64,000 nt of DNA, taken from an uncultured virus (IMG/VR IMGVR_UViG_3300044724_004089) (lineage: Duplodnaviria > Heunggongvirae > Uroviricota > Caudoviricetes). The number at the start of each line of letters is the position of its first letter. Position 1 is the first letter of the stretch. A program made the translations under genes and the position numbers. Of this stretch, positions 60,483 through 64,000 are shown one piece after another. Where the stretch lies: the IMG/VR virus record IMGVR_UViG_3300044724_004089; one strand, 5' to 3'. Below the pieces are notes generated by a model. It searched no databases, was not told the DNA's origin, and saw nothing but the letters and a program-made list of their open reading frames with translations.

Positions 60483-60761
60483 ATGACAACGTATAATAAT
60501 GATGATATTTACCAAATCCTAAATGAAGAAATTGGGGTCGATCAAGATAAAATCAAGGTCAACGTTGATAAAATTGACACACAAATGTCAATTCTAGTTG
60601 AAACACTGAAGAAAATGCAAGTTCAACTAAACATTCTTCAGAATGATAATAAGACACTAAAAGCAGAAAATACTGCGATTATATCGAAGATAGATTCAGA
60701 AAATACTGCGATTATGTCGAAGTTAGATTCAATTGAGCAAGATATTCTATTAACCGGATAA
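60483..60761 (+). CDS. early coiled-coil hypothetical protein
   Basis: Strong RBS; contains an 11-aa tandem duplication. Confidence 0.7.
   Translation: MTTYNNDDIYQILNEEIGVDQDKIKVNVDKIDTQMSILVETLKKMQVQLNILQNDNKTLKAENTAIISKIDSENTAIMSKLDSIEQDILLTG
60664..60729 (+). repeat. 33-bp tandem duplication (2 copies)
   Basis: CAGAAAATACTGCGATTATRTCGAAGWTAGATT twice, 2 mismatches. Confidence 0.9.
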
Positions 60762-60777
60762 TAAAAGGAGATACACT

Positions 60778-61050
60778 ATGGATTATTCTAAACAATTTAA
60801 TAAAAGAAAGATTGAGTTCTTTGCCTCACTAATAAAAAGCATTGACTATAAGTCTTTTAAAAGTCAAGAAGACTATGAAAAGACTATAGAAGGAACGTAT
60901 ATGACTATGTTTAGACACAATACAAAGGGTCAATACGTTTATGAAAACCCTAACCCTAACGCACCTGAAGATGAGGTTTGGTTAGTAGGTGAAACCTATG
61001 ATGATGACGATAGAAAAAAAGTTCTTGACATTATTCACAAAAGGGTGTAA
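60778..61050 (+). CDS. early hypothetical protein
   Basis: SD AAAGGAG. Confidence 0.65.
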   Translation: MDYSKQFNKRKIEFFASLIKSIDYKSFKSQEDYEKTIEGTYMTMFRHNTKGQYVYENPNPNAPEDEVWLVGETYDDDDRKKVLDIIHKRV

Positions 61051-61090
61051 TATAATAATATAAACAATAAATGATTCGAAAGGACTAAAT
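61025..61090 (+). promoter_or_regulatory. early promoter with TGATTCG
   Basis: TTGACA-17-TAATAT; TGATTCG at 61072-61078 fused to the GAAAGGA RBS. Confidence 0.65.
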
Positions 61091-61300
61091 ATGACACTAA
61101 CAAATGAACAAATAATCGATTTAGAAAATAAAGCATTCTCTGTATATCAAGATTTACAGGCAACTCTAGCAGGACAATCAATGTCTGATGTTGATACTCT
61201 AGAAGATAACTTCAACACTATTGCAGACGAACTTAATACTAGTTCAGAAGACCTGTGGGAAAAGATGGAATGCTTTTATGATCAATATATAAATAGATAG
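61091..61300 (+). CDS. small acidic early protein
   Basis: Strong RBS; Asp/Glu-rich. Confidence 0.65.
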   Translation: MTLTNEQIIDLENKAFSVYQDLQATLAGQSMSDVDTLEDNFNTIADELNTSSEDLWEKMECFYDQYINR

Positions 61301-61307
61301 GAATAAA

Positions 61308-61496
61308 ATGACATACAATGAATTAGTAACTATTTTTGACGAGAGTTTCAACTATGCTCTAAATTTTAAAAGTTGGAAACAAAAAGATTTTATAAAGTTT
61401 GTAAAAGACTTTATGAACAACAAGACAGAGTATTATAAAGATGAATTCTTTATGAATAATTATAATGACAAAGTGAAAAAATATTTAGGAGTATAA
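61308..61496 (+). CDS. hypothetical protein
   Basis: SD AGGA; tandem ORF. Confidence 0.55.
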   Translation: MTYNELVTIFDESFNYALNFKSWKQKDFIKFVKDFMNNKTEYYKDEFFMNNYNDKVKKYLGV

Positions 61497-61715
61497 ATGG
61501 GTATGATGGATGATGCCTGGCGTGAGAGTGTGAGGAGCAAGAAAGTGGATAAAGACGAAAAAATATTTGATGATATATACCTAGCAGAAGTAAAAGGTAG
61601 AACAAGAACTTCTGATGGTGATTTTACTACAGTAGGTAATAAAGATATTGATGAGATAAAAGAAATTCTAAAACATCTCATAGAAAAACTTGACAAGATT
61701 TCAGGAATGAGATAG
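61497..61715 (+). CDS. hypothetical protein
   Basis: SD AGGAG; abuts the previous ORF. Confidence 0.6.
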   Translation: MGMMDDAWRESVRSKKVDKDEKIFDDIYLAEVKGRTRTSDGDFTTVGNKDIDEIKEILKHLIEKLDKISGMR

Positions 61716-61729
61716 ACTATAATTATATT

Positions 61730-62044
61730 ATGAAAAAATTGACCAAAAAACAAAAATTACAAAAAGCACAGAATGAACATAGAAAGTTTTTATTATCTAT
61801 GGGTTTGACTATTAACACTAGAAATAGAGTTATTATCAAACAAAGATTAGGCACACCGTTTCCTGACTTGTCTACAAAAGAAGAGTACAAAACAAGCAAC
61901 AATATATCAGGTATAGGTAGAAAAAAATGGTCACCTAGTAAACCTTATATTCCTGCAGGGAAAACAGTGGGTATTGGTTATAACAAAGGTACATATCAAT
62001 TAGTTGATGGTTCTGATATTAAAACAATGGGGAGGAAAGTATGA
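61730..62044 (+). CDS. basic hypothetical protein
   Basis: GIGYNKGTYQ motif; TTGACA-17-TAGACT promoter upstream. Confidence 0.65.
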   Translation: MKKLTKKQKLQKAQNEHRKFLLSMGLTINTRNRVIIKQRLGTPFPDLSTKEEYKTSNNISGIGRKKWSPSKPYIPAGKTVGIGYNKGTYQLVDGSDIKTMGRKV

Positions 62045-62253
62045 GTGATTTTAAGTTAACTGTATCTGATTTTGATGATTGCTCAACAATAATATGTTTG
62101 AGTGAAAGAGCAAAAGAATTTTGGAATAAACGAGAGTATTCTAAATATGTGATCGTAGGTAATTCTCAGAATAACCTATATGTTATTAACAACTTTGATA
62201 AAAGGAAAATTTGTAATGAAATTCGTGAATCTAATATGGATTTTACTGATTAG
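62041..62253 (+). CDS. hypothetical protein
   Basis: SD GGGAGG; coupled ORF. Confidence 0.55.
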   Translation: MSDFKLTVSDFDDCSTIICLSERAKEFWNKREYSKYVIVGNSQNNLYVINNFDKRKICNEIRESNMDFTD

Positions 62254-62695
62254 TGTATTGCTAGTAAATTGTGCTAGTCGTTCACAGAAAGGTGCTATTA
62301 TAGGTGGAGCATCAGGTACAGGTACTTGTGTATCTTTAGGTGTGCAGAACCCCTATCTAGCATCTGTATGTGGTTTGATAGGTGCATTTGCTGGTGCTGA
62401 ACTAATGTATAATGATGATTATGATGTACACAATGCTACATTTGTAGATCATTTAAATAATGGTCCTCAAGGGGCATCATACACAAATTGGTATAATCCA
62501 AATACAAAAAACAGTGGTATTATTCATACTACTAGGTCTTATATGAAAGGACCAATTAAGTGTAAAGATTACAGTGCAACAGTTGATGTAACTAATCAAT
62601 GGCCTGTATTAGGTTATGGTACTGCACCTACAAGAGAAGTAGTACACGGAATTGCGTGTCAATTACCAGATGGGAGGTGGTTTGAATATGAATAG
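62216..62695 (+). CDS. lipoprotein with glycine zipper (17-kDa surface antigen-like)
   Basis: Lipobox LVNC, GAIIGG/GLIGAFAG zipper, W.NP...SG, C.DY...V, G.ACQ.PDG.W. Confidence 0.75.
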   Translation: MKFVNLIWILLISVLLVNCASRSQKGAIIGGASGTGTCVSLGVQNPYLASVCGLIGAFAGAELMYNDDYDVHNATFVDHLNNGPQGASYTNWYNPNTKNSGIIHTTRSYMKGPIKCKDYSATVDVTNQWPVLGYGTAPTREVVHGIACQLPDGRWFEYE

Positions 62696-63068
62696 TTTAT
62701 TAAAAATAATGCTGATAGCATTTTTTATATTGTTATGTGTTATAGCAATAGTGAGAGATAGTGATGCTGGAGATGATGTATTGTATAGTGAAATTGTGCC
62801 TTCACCAAGAAACGTTGATGGTCAACACTGTTTAATAAAACAAATTATTAAAAAGAGTGGTGACACCATAATCAAAGAAGAAATTATGGAATGTAGTGAT
62901 GGTAGAAAAAGAATGGACGGTCCTAGTTATTGGGGATTGTTTGCTGAATTTTACTATAGAGATGTATCTGCACCTGAATATTGTAGATATTATAGTAGAG
63001 ATCGTCACGCATTTAAGTCGCACGGCAAAACTTGTTTAAAAACTAACGGAAGGTGGGAAATCAAATGA
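62688..63068 (+). CDS. exported Cys-containing hypothetical protein
   Basis: N-terminal signal/TM; C-terminal CRYY...CLKTNGRW similar to the upstream lipoprotein tail. Confidence 0.6.
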   Translation: MNSLLKIMLIAFFILLCVIAIVRDSDAGDDVLYSEIVPSPRNVDGQHCLIKQIIKKSGDTIIKEEIMECSDGRKRMDGPSYWGLFAEFYYRDVSAPEYCRYYSRDRHAFKSHGKTCLKTNGRWEIK

Positions 63069-63232
63069 TAAAGAACTTGATTATAATAGGTCTTATAACT
63101 TGGTTGATTTATGTTATAGGATACAAACAATTTTTCAATGGTATACGAACTACGGTTGACAAAGTTGAAGAATTGGTAGATAATAAAGACAAATTAATTG
63201 ATAATTTAGATATTGAAAGTGAGGAAGAATAA
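63065..63232 (+). CDS. small membrane protein (not in ORF track)
   Basis: 55 aa, MIKNLIIIGLITWLIYVIG..., coupled on both sides. Confidence 0.6.
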   Translation: MIKNLIIIGLITWLIYVIGYKQFFNGIRTTVDKVEELVDNKDKLIDNLDIESEEE

Positions 63233-63852
63233 TGAAATATATTATGTTAATAGTGATAGTTAGTTTACTTGGTGCTTGTTCTAGTATGGGTAACTACAAA
63301 ATAAAAAGTGAGAGTGGTGATGTTGTCAATACAGTACCAAAGTGGTATATGGCAGACATTAAAGAGTCAAGGGCGTGTGATACTTCTATGTTCACAAAGA
63401 AAGACGATAATAAAGTATGTATCTATGGTATGGGTACTGCCGTTTCACCTAGTTTAGATTTAGCAGTAGAAAAAGCAAAACTAAAAGCAAAAGCAGAACT
63501 TGCCGATTTAGTTAAAGGTGAAATGAATAAGCAGTCAAAAGCATATGCGAAAGAAGTTGGTCAGAGTGCTAATAATAAACAAGTAGCAAATGATTTTGAA
63601 ACAGTAACAGTCAATGAAATCAAAGCAACTGTTGTAAAAGGTTATGAAGTCTTTGAGCAAGATGTTACATTGACACAAAACGGAAACTATAGGGCGTGGG
63701 TTGGTTTGAGATTACCTCTTGGTGAGTTTAATAAATTGCATAATTATAATGCAGATGAGATTTTAAATTCATACAAAATAGAAGATAAGTCACAAGAGGC
63801 ATACTCGAACCTTATGAAAGAAGGTTCAAATGAAAATAGAAATATTCAGTAA
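63232..63852 (+). CDS. LPP20-like lipoprotein
   Basis: Lipobox LGAC, VPKWY, G.GTAVS, A.EKA...AKAELA. Confidence 0.75.
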   Translation: MKYIMLIVIVSLLGACSSMGNYKIKSESGDVVNTVPKWYMADIKESRACDTSMFTKKDDNKVCIYGMGTAVSPSLDLAVEKAKLKAKAELADLVKGEMNKQSKAYAKEVGQSANNKQVANDFETVTVNEIKATVVKGYEVFEQDVTLTQNGNYRAWVGLRLPLGEFNKLHNYNADEILNSYKIEDKSQEAYSNLMKEGSNENRNIQ

Positions 63853-64000
63853 ACCTAACTGCATCTATTGTGATAAATCCAAGACTCTGTTAAAGGGTCT
63901 TGGATTGTCGTATGTTGAGAACAGTATCAATGATTACAACACTAAACAAGAGTTTTTAGAGGCGATTGGTAAACGTGTCAAAACTGTACCTCAAATTAAA
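63830..64000 (+). CDS. nrdC: glutaredoxin (NrdC-like), truncated by window end
   Basis: MKIEIFSKPNCIYC...KTVPQI. Confidence 0.88.
   Translation, partial: MKIEIFSKPNCIYCDKSKTLLKGLGLSYVENSINDYNTKQEFLEAIGKRVKTVPQIK

Noticed and set aside
60664..60729. CRISPR-like repeat
   Set aside because: Only two adjacent copies with no spacer, in frame within a CDS.
2253..63023. Minus-strand ORFs in the track (e.g. 2694-3398, 34259-34861)
   Set aside because: All are antisense shadows of well-supported + strand genes, with Phe/Leu/Ser-rich composition and no recognisable motifs.

Overview
A 64-kb AT-rich segment of a large T4-like (marine myovirus-type) phage genome, with essentially all genes on the + strand. 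It holds the replication/recombination core (gp55, gp47, gp46, gp45, gp44, gp62, regA, gp43, uvsX, gp41, gp61, nrdA, nrdB, RuvC-like resolvase, glutaredoxin) and auxiliary metabolic genes (peptide deformylase, kdsA, glyA, small heat-shock protein, 2OG-Fe(II) oxygenases). A late-promoter block at about 27.5-41.3 kb looks like head-packaged proteins. There is an 11.5-kb glycan biosynthesis island (48.9-60.4 kb) and an early region ending in lipoproteins. Main highlights: (1) a C5-methyltransferase with Arg in place of the motif X Asn, next to an Asn-synthase-like ligase and a CmoA homolog, i.e. a DNA carboxymethylcytosine hypermodification cassette; (2) a 24-aa PqqA precursor gene missed by the ORF track, behind a late promoter; (3) apparent systematic codon-level avoidance of GCWGC, RGCY and CATG; (4) early promoters carrying the GcrA/CcrM-type TGATTCG motif; (5) a ROSE-like RNA thermometer upstream of the sHSP gene; (6) a shared N-terminal FKE/xFK signal on enzymes (ligase-like, kinase, nuclease, RimK) that may be packaged and injected; (7) a ParB-like + HNH-like gene pair. 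An alphaproteobacterial host is inferred, not proven. All calls are from motif recognition by eye; no searches or counts were run.
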